64,000 bases of DNA from Alphaproteobacteria bacterium (GCA_016124335.1 WGNX01000009.1:101658-165657), one strand, 5' to 3'. Counted from the stretch's first letter, positions 22,239-32,116 are shown. Translations and numbers: made by a program. Notes: a model not told the origin generated them from the letters alone.

Positions 22239-23321
22239 ATGCGCAACATCCGTAGACGGCAGCTACTCGGCGGCATCGCCGCGGTTTCGACGTTCGCGAT
22301 CATGCGGAGACCGGCAGACGCCCAGCAGGCACGGTTCGACGGCGTAACACTTCGCGTCGCGACGTTCGGTGGCGGCTGGGACAAGGCCGTCCACAAGTAT
22401 GCAGGCGTCAAGCTCGAGGAACTTGGCGCCAAGGTCGAATACGTGACCGCCCCGCCGCGCGACAACCTTGCCAAGCTGATCGCCGCGAAAGGCCGGCCCG
22501 CCCCCTTCGATGTGGTCGAGATGGGCGACCTCACCTGGGTCGACACCTACGAGGGCGGCTTCATCCAGAAGATCGACCTGTCGAACATCCCCAACCGCAA
22601 GGATCTTCTGCCCACGCAGTCGGACGACTGGAAGGTCGCAAGCTGGGTCACGCAGGAAGGCATCGTCTATAACGCCGAGAAATTCGCCGAAAACGGGATA
22701 CCGAAGCCGGAGCGCTACAGGGACCTGCTCCATCCGAAGCTTGCCGGAAAGCTCTGCCTCATCGATATCTCGCAGGCGGGTGCCTCGCAGCTTCTCGTCG
22801 GCGCGTCGCTCGACGACGGCGGAAGCATGACCAACATCGAACCGGCGTTGAAGTTCGTGAAGGAAGCGAACCCGCTCCAGTTCTGGAAGGTCGGCGCACA
22901 GGCCGTGACGCTGATGAAGTCGGGCGACATCTGGGCGTCGACCATGCATGCCGGGTTCGCCGTCCAGATGAAGAAGGCCGGCCTGCCGGTCGCGTTCTGC
23001 CATCCCAAGGTCGGCGCCACGAAGCGCGGGCTCCTGAAGGAAGGCTGGCTTGGCGTCGTCAAGGGAACGCCCGTGCCGCGCGCCGCTGAGTTCTTCATCA
23101 ATGAATATGTCTCGGCGTCAGCCCAGCTCGGGCTGGCGCGCGAACGCGGCATCGTGCCGGTCAACGGCAAGGCCCGCGTACCGCTCGGCGAGGACCCGAT
23201 CTTGAAGGAAATGTTCCTTCTGAGCGATGCGGATGTCGCAAACATGGTGTCCGTCGACTTCAATGTGTTTAATCTCGATGAAGCCACCCAGCGCTGGACC
23301 CGGACTGTCGGGGCCCGCTGA
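22239..23321 (+). CDS. ABC transporter substrate-binding protein (PotD/PotF-like) with Tat-type signal
   Basis: MRNIRRRQLLGG leader, TLRVATFGG, GIVYN, DLLHPKLAGK; RBS CAGGAGG. Confidence 0.9.
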   Translation: MRNIRRRQLLGGIAAVSTFAIMRRPADAQQARFDGVTLRVATFGGGWDKAVHKYAGVKLEELGAKVEYVTAPPRDNLAKLIAAKGRPAPFDVVEMGDLTWVDTYEGGFIQKIDLSNIPNRKDLLPTQSDDWKVASWVTQEGIVYNAEKFAENGIPKPERYRDLLHPKLAGKLCLIDISQAGASQLLVGASLDDGGSMTNIEPALKFVKEANPLQFWKVGAQAVTLMKSGDIWASTMHAGFAVQMKKAGLPVAFCHPKVGATKRGLLKEGWLGVVKGTPVPRAAEFFINEYVSASAQLGLARERGIVPVNGKARVPLGEDPILKEMFLLSDADVANMVSVDFNVFNLDEATQRWTRTVGAR

Positions 23322-23335
23322 ACATCCGAGGTTGA

Positions 23336-24310
23336 ATGCGCATCGCCGTCGTCGGCGCCGGCGCGATCGGCGGAGCCATCGCGCATGCGCTCGCCGTCGC
23401 CGGCATGAACCCGCTCCTCGTCGCGCGCGGCGATACCGCCAAAGCCGTCGCGCGCGACGGGTTGCGGGTCGTGCGGGACGGCAAGACGGAACTGTCGCGA
23501 CCGGCGGTTCTCGAAACGACGCAGGGTGCCGCGCCCTGCGACGTGGTGATCGGTACCGCCAAGGCCCATGATTGGGCGGCAATGGCGGGGGCGATCCGGC
23601 CACTGGTGGGACCCCGGACAGCCGTGCTGCCCGCGATCAATGGCATTCCCTGGTGGTTTTTCCGCGGGATGGGCGGCGCGCATCGAGACACCCGGCTTGG
23701 GAGCCTTGATCCGTCCGGCGAACTTACGGCAACGTTTGCACCCGAAAATATCGTCGGCTGCGTCGTCTACATGGCGGCCTCGCGGCCAGCGCCCGGTGTC
23801 GTCGAATGGCCCACGGGCCGTCGGCTTGTCATCGGCGGCATTTCACCGGATTGCGTAGGCGATATAGCCGCGATCGCGCGGCTTTTGCGCTCGGCCGGCC
23901 TCGAGATCGACGAAGCGACAGACATCCGCCGCGAGGTATGGATGAAGCTGCTCGGCAATGCCGGCTTCAATTCCGTTTCCGCACTCACGCGCGCGACGGT
24001 TGTCGAAATTCTCGACGATCCGGATCTGCGTGCGATTTGCGCCGACACGATCCGCGAGTTGAAGGCGGTTGCGTCCGCCAGCGGCACCGATCTCGACATC
24101 AACGTCGAAGCGCGTCTCGAGGCTGCCCGGCGGCTCGGACATTTCAAGACATCGACGCTGCAGGATTTCGAGGCCGGGCGGCCGCTCGAGATCGCGGCCC
24201 TCCTCGACGCGCCGGCGGAAATCGGCGCGATGACCGGCGTGTCGACCCCGGTCCTCGCCACGCTGGCGCGGCTCCTTCGCCGCGCTGCGGCCAGCCGCAA
24301 AGGCGCATGA
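23336..24310 (+). CDS. Ketopantoate reductase (PanE/ApbA) family 2-oxoacid reductase
   Basis: VGAGAIGG, INGIPWW, WMKLLGN, TSTLQDFEAGRPLE. Confidence 0.9.
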   Translation: MRIAVVGAGAIGGAIAHALAVAGMNPLLVARGDTAKAVARDGLRVVRDGKTELSRPAVLETTQGAAPCDVVIGTAKAHDWAAMAGAIRPLVGPRTAVLPAINGIPWWFFRGMGGAHRDTRLGSLDPSGELTATFAPENIVGCVVYMAASRPAPGVVEWPTGRRLVIGGISPDCVGDIAAIARLLRSAGLEIDEATDIRREVWMKLLGNAGFNSVSALTRATVVEILDDPDLRAICADTIRELKAVASASGTDLDINVEARLEAARRLGHFKTSTLQDFEAGRPLEIAALLDAPAEIGAMTGVSTPVLATLARLLRRAAASRKGA

Positions 24311-24401
24311 ACCGCGCCGTTCCAAGGCCCACTCAAACTCATTCGACAGTCGCAAAAGCTGCGCCTAACGTCGTCCTGAACCCGAAAGGGACGCAAGGCC
24401 C

Positions 24402-25538
24402 ATGACGAAAACCGCCCCGCCCCCCGGGTCCGCGATGTCGCTCGATTGGGCGGCTGCAAACATCCGCAGCCTGCCGCCGTACAAAGGGCCCGCCACGTTC
24501 GCGGATTTCCCGGATGCCGCATCGCGTCCGCGGCTCATCCACTTGAACGAGTCTCCCTATCCGCCCTCGCCGCGTGTCGGCGAAGCGATGTCGGCGGCCA
24601 TGCACGATCTCAATCGCTATCCCGACATCTTCGGTCGCGCGCTGGTTCGCCGGCTTTCCGCCGCAACTGGCACTGCCGAACAGCGCATCGTGCTTGGCTG
24701 CGGCAGCGACGAGCTGATCCATTTCGCGACGGTCGTTTCACTATCCCCGGGCGATGAGGCGGTCGTCCCCGCGCCGAGCTTTCCGCGCTACGCGCTATCC
24801 GCGCGTCTGGCAGGTGCCGCCGTGAAGCGCGTGAAACTCGACCCGGGCGGTGCCTGCGATCCGGACGGGCTGGTTGCGGCAATCGGGCCGCGCACGCGGC
24901 TCGTTGTCTGCTGCACGCCGAACCCGCCTTCCGGCGGCATGATGACGGCAGAGGCCATCGCGGCCGTCGCGAAAGGCGTACCCGATGACGTGCTCCTGCT
25001 CATGGACGAGGCCTATTGCGAATTCGGCCGCCATGCCGGCGGGCCGGACGTGCTTTCCGCCATGCGTCGGCGCAAGGGGCCGTGGCTTGTCACGCGCACC
25101 TTCTCCAAGGCGTATGCATGCGCCGCCCTCCGCGTCGGTTACGCGCTGTGCGGAGACGACAGCGTCGCCGAGGCCTTCCGCCGCGCGAAACTTCAATTCA
25201 ATGTTCCTACGCTGAGCCAAATCGGCGCACTGGCGGCCTACGAAGACGAAGCCTATCTCGCGCACATGCTCGACAGGATCGGCGCAGAACGGGACCGGCT
25301 CGCGAAGGGACTTGCGCAGCTCGGCCTGCGCGTGCTGCCGAGCGCGGCCAATTTCGTGTCCTGCATTCTCGACGGGCCGGCGGCGAAAGCGATGGCGGCT
25401 CTCGAAGTACGCGGCATCTTCGTTCGCGACTGGCGTGATCCCGACCACTTGAGCGAATTGCGCATCGGCATCGGCACGCCGGACGATACGGGCGCCACGC
25501 TTGAAGCGCTCGGAACTTATTTGCGAGGTGACGCGTGA
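24402..25538 (+). CDS. PLP-dependent aminotransferase (HisC-like)
   Basis: LNESPY, NRYPD, GCGSDELI, PNPPSG, DEAY, RTFSKAY..LRVGY. Confidence 0.9.
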   Translation: MTKTAPPPGSAMSLDWAAANIRSLPPYKGPATFADFPDAASRPRLIHLNESPYPPSPRVGEAMSAAMHDLNRYPDIFGRALVRRLSAATGTAEQRIVLGCGSDELIHFATVVSLSPGDEAVVPAPSFPRYALSARLAGAAVKRVKLDPGGACDPDGLVAAIGPRTRLVVCCTPNPPSGGMMTAEAIAAVAKGVPDDVLLLMDEAYCEFGRHAGGPDVLSAMRRRKGPWLVTRTFSKAYACAALRVGYALCGDDSVAEAFRRAKLQFNVPTLSQIGALAAYEDEAYLAHMLDRIGAERDRLAKGLAQLGLRVLPSAANFVSCILDGPAAKAMAALEVRGIFVRDWRDPDHLSELRIGIGTPDDTGATLEALGTYLRGDA

Positions 25539-26053
25539 CCGGCGTGCCGCCCAGCGGAGCGCGAATCATCGCGGCGCTCAAGTCCGCCGGCGTCGGCTTT
25601 GTCGTGGCCGTGCCCGACATCGTCACCAGCGACGGGCTGCTTTGGCCGATTTCGCGCGATCCCGATTTTCGCCTGGTACGGATGTGCAAGGAAGACGAAG
25701 GGGTCGCGATATGCACGGGCCTCGCTTTTTCGGGCCGGCGTTCGGTGATGCTGATCCAGCAGACTGGATTTCTCGATTCGATCAACGCGATCCGCGCCGT
25801 CGGGGTCGAATACGAGCAGCCCGTCGTGATGCTCGTCGGCCTGCAGGGCAAAGAACCCGGCGTGGCGCCGTCGAAGTCGAAGAAAGTCTCCGTCAACATC
25901 GTCGAGCCGATCCTCGACACGATGGGCATCGCACGCCATCTCGTCGAGACCGATGCCGACGTCGAAGCCGTGGCGCCGGCAATCGAGAATGCCTATGCGG
26001 CCTCGCGCCCCGTGTGCGTGCTGATCGGCCAGCCGCCGACGGCGGCGTCATGA
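25535..26053 (+). CDS. TPP-dependent decarboxylase alpha subunit (sulfopyruvate decarboxylase ComD/phosphonopyruvate decarboxylase-like)
   Basis: VAVPD, KEDEGVAICTGL, LIQQTGFLDSINA. Confidence 0.82.
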   Translation: MTGVPPSGARIIAALKSAGVGFVVAVPDIVTSDGLLWPISRDPDFRLVRMCKEDEGVAICTGLAFSGRRSVMLIQQTGFLDSINAIRAVGVEYEQPVVMLVGLQGKEPGVAPSKSKKVSVNIVEPILDTMGIARHLVETDADVEAVAPAIENAYAASRPVCVLIGQPPTAAS

Positions 26054-26613
26054 TGAAGCGCGATGAATGCCTGAAGGCGCTCGCCCGCCACGTGCGCGAG
26101 GAAGCAATCGTCGCGACCTATCAGGCGGCGTTCGACTGGATGCGGATCGCGCTACGCGACCTCAATTACCTTTCAATCGGCGCGATGGGTCTTGCGTCGT
26201 CGCACGGGCTGGGACTGGCGCTTGGCCGGCCGGACCGGCGCGTCATCGTCCTCGACGGGGACGGAAGCCTTCTCATGAATCTGGGCAGCCTCACGACAAT
26301 CGCGGCCAGTGCGCCTGCGAATTTCGTGCATCTGGTTTTCGTCAACGGGGTGTACGAAGCGAACGGGAGCCATCCGCTCCCCGGCCGCGATCGGCTCGAT
26401 TTCGCGACGGTCGCGCACGGTTCGGGCATTGCCGATACCGGGACCATCTCGACCCTCGAAGCATTCGAGGCGGAGATCCCGTGGCTCCTGACCGGGCCCG
26501 GCCCGATCTTTCGCGCGCTGAAGGTCGTTGCCGGCGAGCCGAGCCCGCAGGACTACGCATATATCCACGGTGCAGAGACCCGCGCGCGGTTCCGCGCCGC
26601 TTTCGCGCGCTAG
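26050..26613 (+). CDS. TPP-dependent decarboxylase beta subunit (ComE-like)
   Basis: GAMGLASSHGLGLAL, TPP motif DGDGSLLMNLG...VNGVYE. Confidence 0.85.
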   Translation: MMKRDECLKALARHVREEAIVATYQAAFDWMRIALRDLNYLSIGAMGLASSHGLGLALGRPDRRVIVLDGDGSLLMNLGSLTTIAASAPANFVHLVFVNGVYEANGSHPLPGRDRLDFATVAHGSGIADTGTISTLEAFEAEIPWLLTGPGPIFRALKVVAGEPSPQDYAYIHGAETRARFRAAFAR

Positions 26614-27554
26614 GCGGCTGCCGGCGGCCGCAGCCGCGTCGATGCCTTCGCCTCGTCGACAACCCATTCTCGGAAAGCCGCGATTTTCGGCGTCGCCAGC
26701 GCGCGCGCCGGGCAGACGAAATAGTGCGCGTAGCCGCTGGGCACCGACAGGTCGAACGGGCGCACGAGGCGGCCCGCCGCCAGATCGTCGACGACCAGCG
26801 GAGATCGGCCGAGCGCAACGCCCAGCCCCTCGATCGCGGCCTGGATCGACATGTTCGACTGGCCGAACCGCCGGCCTTTCGAGATATCCACGCCGGAAAC
26901 CCCGGCCGCATCCAACCATGTCCGCCAACCGGGCGTACGGCCGTCAAGTTGCAGGATGTCGTCGTGCAGAAGCGGTGTCCGCGCAAGGTCGCCCGGCGCG
27001 CGGAGCGCCTTCGCGCCCTTCAGCAGTCGCGGCGAGCAGACCGGGAACATGTCCTCATCGAGGATTTTCTCGACATGCAGGCCCGGATATCGGCCGGTGC
27101 CGTAGCGGATTGCCACATCCACTTCGCCGGCCGAGAAATCGGCAAGCTGGCCGGTCGTGGCGATCGCGAGCTCGATTTCCGGGTAGCGTTCGTCGAAACG
27201 GATCAGGCGCGGAAACAGCCATTTGACGGCAAAACCCGGCAGCGTCGAAACCGTCAATCGCGGGCCGCTATCCATGCGGGTCAGTTCGCGCAGCGCCTGT
27301 GCCACGACGCCAAGCCCCTCGCGTACGGACGTCGCGAGCTTCTCGCCCTTGACCGTCAGGACGATCCGGCGCGGTTCGCGATGGAACAGCTCGAATCCGA
27401 GTTGATCCTCAAGGCTGTGGATCTGGTGGCTGATGGCGCTCTGGGTCAGCCCCAGTTCGTCGGCCGCCATCGTGAAGCTCTTGAGACGCGCGGCGGCCTC
27501 GAAGGCGCGCAGCGCCGAAATCGGGGGCAAATTACGCAGGGGCGAAGCTGCCAT
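26610..27554 (-). CDS. LysR-family regulator (GcvA-like)
   Basis: LPPISALRAFEAAARLKSFTMAADELGLTQSAISHQI, DVAIRYG. Confidence 0.93.
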   Translation of the reverse strand: MAASPLRNLPPISALRAFEAAARLKSFTMAADELGLTQSAISHQIHSLEDQLGFELFHREPRRIVLTVKGEKLATSVREGLGVVAQALRELTRMDSGPRLTVSTLPGFAVKWLFPRLIRFDERYPEIELAIATTGQLADFSAGEVDVAIRYGTGRYPGLHVEKILDEDMFPVCSPRLLKGAKALRAPGDLARTPLLHDDILQLDGRTPGWRTWLDAAGVSGVDISKGRRFGQSNMSIQAAIEGLGVALGRSPLVVDDLAAGRLVRPFDLSVPSGYAHYFVCPARALATPKIAAFREWVVDEAKASTRLRPPAAA

Positions 27555-27567
27555 GAATTTCGCTCAC
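27553..27567. promoter_or_regulatory. LysR-type T-N11-A box
   Basis: ATGA-N7-TCAC dyad overlapping the LysR start codon in the divergent promoter region. Confidence 0.5.
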
Positions 27568-27645
27568 TTGTAGGGGCTGGAAAACCGGGGGAGTATCGAT
27601 ATCCACAATATTTCCACATGAACAGACCAGATGGAAGAGCCTGTC

Positions 27646-28629
27646 ATGGCCTATGCGACCGCGGCCCATATCGACGCAGACGAGATTCCCGTCATCGATG
27701 TTGCCGGACTTGCCACGGAAGACCCCGCCGCGATCGCCGAAGCCGGCCGACGGATGCGCGAAGCGGCCGAGCAGATCGGCTTCTTCTACGTGCGAAACCA
27801 TGGGATTGCGCGCGAAACGGTCGATCGCGCATTTGAAGCAAGCGGCCGGTTTTTCCGCTCGCCCGAGGAACTCAAGCGCACGGCAACGATCAATGAACGT
27901 CACCGCGGCTTCCTGGCGGTGGGCCAATCGAAAATGTACACGGGCGCCCGCGTCGACCTCAAAGAAAGCTTCCTTTGGGGGCTCGAACTCGGCACTGACG
28001 ATCCGGACGTCGCGGCGGGAAAACCGCTGATGGGGCCGAACAATTGGCCGGCCGCACTGCCGGAAACGCGTGCGGCGTTCTACGCCTACTATCTCGCAGT
28101 GTGCGAATGCGGCCAGCGTCTTCTCAAGGGGCTTGCGGCAAGCCTCGGCCGGGACCCCACGTTTTTCGCCAAGTCGTTTGCAAAGCCGCTCGCCCGCGGA
28201 TCGGCGATCTACTATCCGCCGCAGCCGCCCGACATGGGCGAAACACAGTTCGGCGTGGCACCGCATACCGACTACGGCGGCCTGACGCTGCTGGCGCAGG
28301 ACGATGTGGGCGGGCTCCAGGTTCTTGCGAAAAGCGGGAAATGGGTGACCGCACATCCCATTCCCGACACGCTCGTGGTGAATATCGGCGACCTCATGCA
28401 CCGCTGGACGAACACGCGGTTCAGTTCCAATCCGCACCGCGTCGTCAATGCCTCAGGCCGCGAACGGTTTTCGATCGCCGTATTCTACGACCCGCATCCC
28501 GACACGCTCGTCGATCCGCGCGACCTGCTCGATGATCCGGCTGAGGCGAAATATCCGCCGATCACCTGCGGGGAATATATCGTCGGCCGGTTCGACAAGG
28601 CGTTCAAGTACCGCCAGTCGAAAGCCTGA
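27646..28629 (+). CDS. 2-oxoglutarate/Fe(II) oxygenase, isopenicillin N synthase family
   Basis: IPVIDV, IGFFYVRNHG, PHTDYG, SNPHRV, RFS; alternative start 27631. Confidence 0.92.
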   Translation: MAYATAAHIDADEIPVIDVAGLATEDPAAIAEAGRRMREAAEQIGFFYVRNHGIARETVDRAFEASGRFFRSPEELKRTATINERHRGFLAVGQSKMYTGARVDLKESFLWGLELGTDDPDVAAGKPLMGPNNWPAALPETRAAFYAYYLAVCECGQRLLKGLAASLGRDPTFFAKSFAKPLARGSAIYYPPQPPDMGETQFGVAPHTDYGGLTLLAQDDVGGLQVLAKSGKWVTAHPIPDTLVVNIGDLMHRWTNTRFSSNPHRVVNASGRERFSIAVFYDPHPDTLVDPRDLLDDPAEAKYPPITCGEYIVGRFDKAFKYRQSKA

Positions 28630-29002
28630 CCGCCCGCGCAAGCCAGCCCTCGAGCCATTCGGCGTAGGAGCGCTCGCACCGCAATACGAAACCACCGTCG
28701 GTGCGCCACAGCAACACGCCGATATCGCCAAGACGCGCGCGGCCGATAAAGCCTGCCGGTGCACGCTCAAGATCGAGCGCGATACCTTGCATCAGAACGT
28801 CGAGCGCGCCTGCACCGGTCACGATGAAACCACCATATGCGTCCGACAGGTCGATAGCGCCCGGACCCGGAACTCCGTCGCCGAAAGCAAGCCACGTACC
28901 CGGTGCGATCGAAACCGCTTCGTCAGTCGGTCGGTCAGCGCATAGCCATGCGGAAACCTGCTCGCGCCCGATCGGCTGGATTGACGCAATCGAACTAGCC
29001 AC
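28604..29002 (-). CDS. soxG: Sarcosine oxidase gamma subunit-like (short)
   Basis: IDLSDAY..VTGAGALDVL..GIALDL, RCERSYAEWLEGWL; GTG overlapping the soxA end. Confidence 0.75.
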   Translation of the reverse strand: MASSIASIQPIGREQVSAWLCADRPTDEAVSIAPGTWLAFGDGVPGPGAIDLSDAYGGFIVTGAGALDVLMQGIALDLERAPAGFIGRARLGDIGVLLWRTDGGFVLRCERSYAEWLEGWLARAVRLSTGGT

Positions 29003-31895
29003 GCTGCCGCTCTCCCTTCGGATCGTAGAACGAAGGCGGCACGACTTGCGCGCCGGCCGTTCCGTCGGCGAGAGCAAGCGTCACGTCGCTCCCCGTCAGC
29101 GACCGGCCATCCTCGATCAGGGCCATCGCCAGCGACCGGCCGAGCGCATCGCTCCAGCAGCTTGCCGTGACAAAGCCGCGCGTCCGGTCGCCTTGTGCAC
29201 GCAACACGGCGGAACCTTCGGGAAGGACAAATTGCGGGTCGCGCGCCATGAGACCGACGAGTTGGGGCCGGCCACTGGGCGATGCCCGGTCGCGCAGCAG
29301 CGCCTGGCGGCCGACGAAATCCGGTTTGTCGGCATGGACGGCAAAGGAAAGGCCCAGATCGTCCGGCCCGCAAATGCCGTCTGCCTCGTGACCGACGGAA
29401 ATAAAGCCCTTCTCGATCCGCAGCACGTGGTTTGCCTCCGACCCGACGGGTGCGATCGCGTGTCGACGGCCGGCCTCCAGCAAATCGCGCCATGCCTGTG
29501 GCGCTGCCGATGCAGGCAGGAAAATCTCGAACGAAAGCTCGCCCGTGAAGCCCGCGCGTGCCACTTGCACCGGCAGGCCCGCAAAACTGCACGCGGCAAG
29601 GCCGAGGAACGGGAAGCGTTCGGGAAGCGAAAGACCGGTGTCCGCAAGCACGGCACGCGCACGCGGCCCGCAGACCACGATATCGGCCCATTGTTCCGTC
29701 ACGTTCAGAACGCCGACGCGCAATTCGGGGCGCAGGATCTGTCGGCAATATTCGAAGCGCTGGTGGCAGGCATCCGCATTGCCGGTCGTCGTCGTCACGA
29801 AATAGCGATCCATCGCCGTCCGGAAAACGATGCCGTCGTCGAAGAGCCGCCCATCCTCGTGCAGTTGCAGTGCATATCGCCCACGACCGGGCGCAAGATC
29901 GGACAGGCGCGTCGCATAGACGAAATCGAGAAACGTTGCCGCATCCGGCCCGACGACCTCGAACTTGCCCAGCGGCGAAGAGTCGTACATGCCGGCCATC
30001 TGTCGCACCGCACGGCATTCGCGCCGCACGGCGGCTTCCATCGTGTCGCCGGCCTGCGGGTAGTAACCGGGCCGACGCCAATGTGCTCCTGCCTCGTACA
30101 TCACCGCGCCGGCCGCTTCATGCCAGGCTGTCAATGTCGTGGCGCGTGACGGTCGCAGCAGCGTACCGTTTGTGTCGGCAATCGTTGAAAACGGCACAGG
30201 CACGAAAGGCGGGCGATAGGTTGTCGTCCCGACCAGCCCCGGCGCAACCCGTTTTGCCTGCGCCAGCGCTTCTATAGCAGCAAGGTTGCCCATGCGCCCC
30301 TGATCGATCGCCATCCCGGTCGTCGTATAGCGCTTCAGCAGTTCGACCGATTCGTATCCTTCGCGTGCCGCCAATCGCAGGTCGTCAATCGTCACGTCGG
30401 CGGCAAAATCGACGAACGCCTTGCGATGCGCGACGTCGGCTGCCAGCGGTTCGCTGCCTGGCTCCGCGCGGGCATCGCCGCCCTCGGCGCGCGGCGGCGC
30501 CGTCGAGTCCACGCGGCACCCCGCTGCGCGGGCCGCTTCCCGCCCGGCCGCACTCCCGTCGCGAAGCACCTCGTCAAGCGAGGCGGCTCCGTTGCATGCG
30601 CCGGCACTCCACGCGCCGTCGTGCGGCCCGTCCGGAACGAACGCCCTCAGTTTTCCGACATGCCGTAGCCGGCCGCCTGAATGCGAGTGCAGATGGACAA
30701 GCGGCGTCGTCCCGCCCGACATCGCAACCACATCGCAGTCGAGCGTTCGGGATCGGCTATCGCCGCCAACGAGACGCACGCCGCGCACCGGCGATCCCAC
30801 GATCCCGGTTGGCGTGAACTCCGCATGGCATTCGATGCCGGCCGCACGCGCTTTGGCGACAAGTTCCGGGTCCGGCACCACACGCGGATCGACGATGTGG
30901 CGAACGGCGACGCCTGCCATCGCAAGAGCAACCGCATCGTCATAGGCGGCATCGTTGTCGGCGACAGCCACGACTTCCCGCCCGACCGCCACGCCGTGGC
31001 GCACGGCGAATGCCAGCGCGGCCGTCAGCAGCATCGCGCCCGGCCGATCATTGTCGGGAAAGACCAACGGGCGCTCGATGGCGCCTGTCGCCAGCACGAT
31101 GGACTTTGCGCGGATCTTCCACAGGCGTGCCGGTCGCCCCTCCGGTGAACGTTCGAGCGCGACGACAAGGCCACCGTCATATCGGCCTATCGCGGTCGTC
31201 CGGGCAAGGACCCGCACGCCGTTCGCAGCCAACGATTTTGCGCATAGCCGCGCCCATTCCCGCCCATCGACCCCATCGATGCGCAGGTCCGGCCGGTCGA
31301 GCAGCCGGCCGCCCGGCGCCTCGCCTTCGTCGAGCAGGATTATCCGCGACGCGTTCGATGCCACAGCGCGCGCCGCTGCAAGCCCGGCCGCGCCCGCACC
31401 GATGACCAGCACATCGCAATGCGCATTGCGCTTGGGCGTTTCGGCGGCCGGTCGGTCGGGCAATCGGCCGATGCCCGCCGCCTTGCGGATCATCGGCTCG
31501 AACAGCGGCCACAGCCGCCCGCCCGGGCCACGAAATGTCTTGTAGTAGAAACCGGCCGGCATCAGCGCGGAGAAAGTGCCCAGAAACGATTTCGCGTCGA
31601 ACCGGGCCGACGGCCAGCAGTTGGCGGCCCGCGCATTGAGCCCGTCGAAAGCTCGAACATTCGTTGCCAGTTCAATCCCGTCGGGCGTTTCGACAACAGC
31701 GTTTGGCTCCCACGATCCGAACCCGACGATTCCACGTGGACGGTGATATTTGAAACTTCGCGCCACCGTCGAAAGGCCGTTTGCGATGAGCGAAGCCGCG
31801 AGAGGCTCGCCGCGTCGCGCCGACAGGCGCATGCCGTCGAAATCGATCTCGACCGTGTCGTCGGGCACGAGCGGCAGGAGCCTGTAGCCGCTCAT
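28995..31895 (-). CDS. soxA: Sarcosine oxidase alpha subunit family
   Basis: RSFKYHRPRG, AGFYYKTF, LKRYTTTGMAIDQG, GTTTYRPPF, GcvT-like FTGELSFEI, LRIEKG. Confidence 0.92.
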   Translation of the reverse strand: MSGYRLLPLVPDDTVEIDFDGMRLSARRGEPLAASLIANGLSTVARSFKYHRPRGIVGFGSWEPNAVVETPDGIELATNVRAFDGLNARAANCWPSARFDAKSFLGTFSALMPAGFYYKTFRGPGGRLWPLFEPMIRKAAGIGRLPDRPAAETPKRNAHCDVLVIGAGAAGLAAARAVASNASRIILLDEGEAPGGRLLDRPDLRIDGVDGREWARLCAKSLAANGVRVLARTTAIGRYDGGLVVALERSPEGRPARLWKIRAKSIVLATGAIERPLVFPDNDRPGAMLLTAALAFAVRHGVAVGREVVAVADNDAAYDDAVALAMAGVAVRHIVDPRVVPDPELVAKARAAGIECHAEFTPTGIVGSPVRGVRLVGGDSRSRTLDCDVVAMSGGTTPLVHLHSHSGGRLRHVGKLRAFVPDGPHDGAWSAGACNGAASLDEVLRDGSAAGREAARAAGCRVDSTAPPRAEGGDARAEPGSEPLAADVAHRKAFVDFAADVTIDDLRLAAREGYESVELLKRYTTTGMAIDQGRMGNLAAIEALAQAKRVAPGLVGTTTYRPPFVPVPFSTIADTNGTLLRPSRATTLTAWHEAAGAVMYEAGAHWRRPGYYPQAGDTMEAAVRRECRAVRQMAGMYDSSPLGKFEVVGPDAATFLDFVYATRLSDLAPGRGRYALQLHEDGRLFDDGIVFRTAMDRYFVTTTTGNADACHQRFEYCRQILRPELRVGVLNVTEQWADIVVCGPRARAVLADTGLSLPERFPFLGLAACSFAGLPVQVARAGFTGELSFEIFLPASAAPQAWRDLLEAGRRHAIAPVGSEANHVLRIEKGFISVGHEADGICGPDDLGLSFAVHADKPDFVGRQALLRDRASPSGRPQLVGLMARDPQFVLPEGSAVLRAQGDRTRGFVTASCWSDALGRSLAMALIEDGRSLTGSDVTLALADGTAGAQVVPPSFYDPKGERQRG

Positions 31896-32116
31896 GGCAC
31901 GAACTCGTTCGTCGCACTGTTGCGGCGCAGTTTCAGCCAGCGACGGCAGCCGAATTTGTGCCACCAGAGTTCCTCGACCGGGCCTTTGGCATTCGCACGG
32001 CCATAGAGCGCTTCGGCGAGACCGTCCTCGCCAACCGGATGGCCGCCACTGTCGCCGAGGCAGACGAACTCGCCAGGTTCGCGCGGGCCACAGTCGGGGC
32101 AAGGGACAAGACGCAT
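31892..32116 (-). CDS. soxD: Sarcosine oxidase delta subunit
   Basis: CPDCGPR..EF, ELWWHKFGCRRW zinc-ligand pattern. Confidence 0.9.
   Translation of the reverse strand: MRLVPCPDCGPREPGEFVCLGDSGGHPVGEDGLAEALYGRANAKGPVEELWWHKFGCRRWLKLRRNSATNEFVP

Noticed and set aside
24370..24402. CCCGAAAGGGACGCAAGGC resembling part of a c-di-GMP-I riboswitch
   Set aside because: No second stem or tetraloop receptor follows and the start codon comes immediately after; an Rfam scan would settle it.
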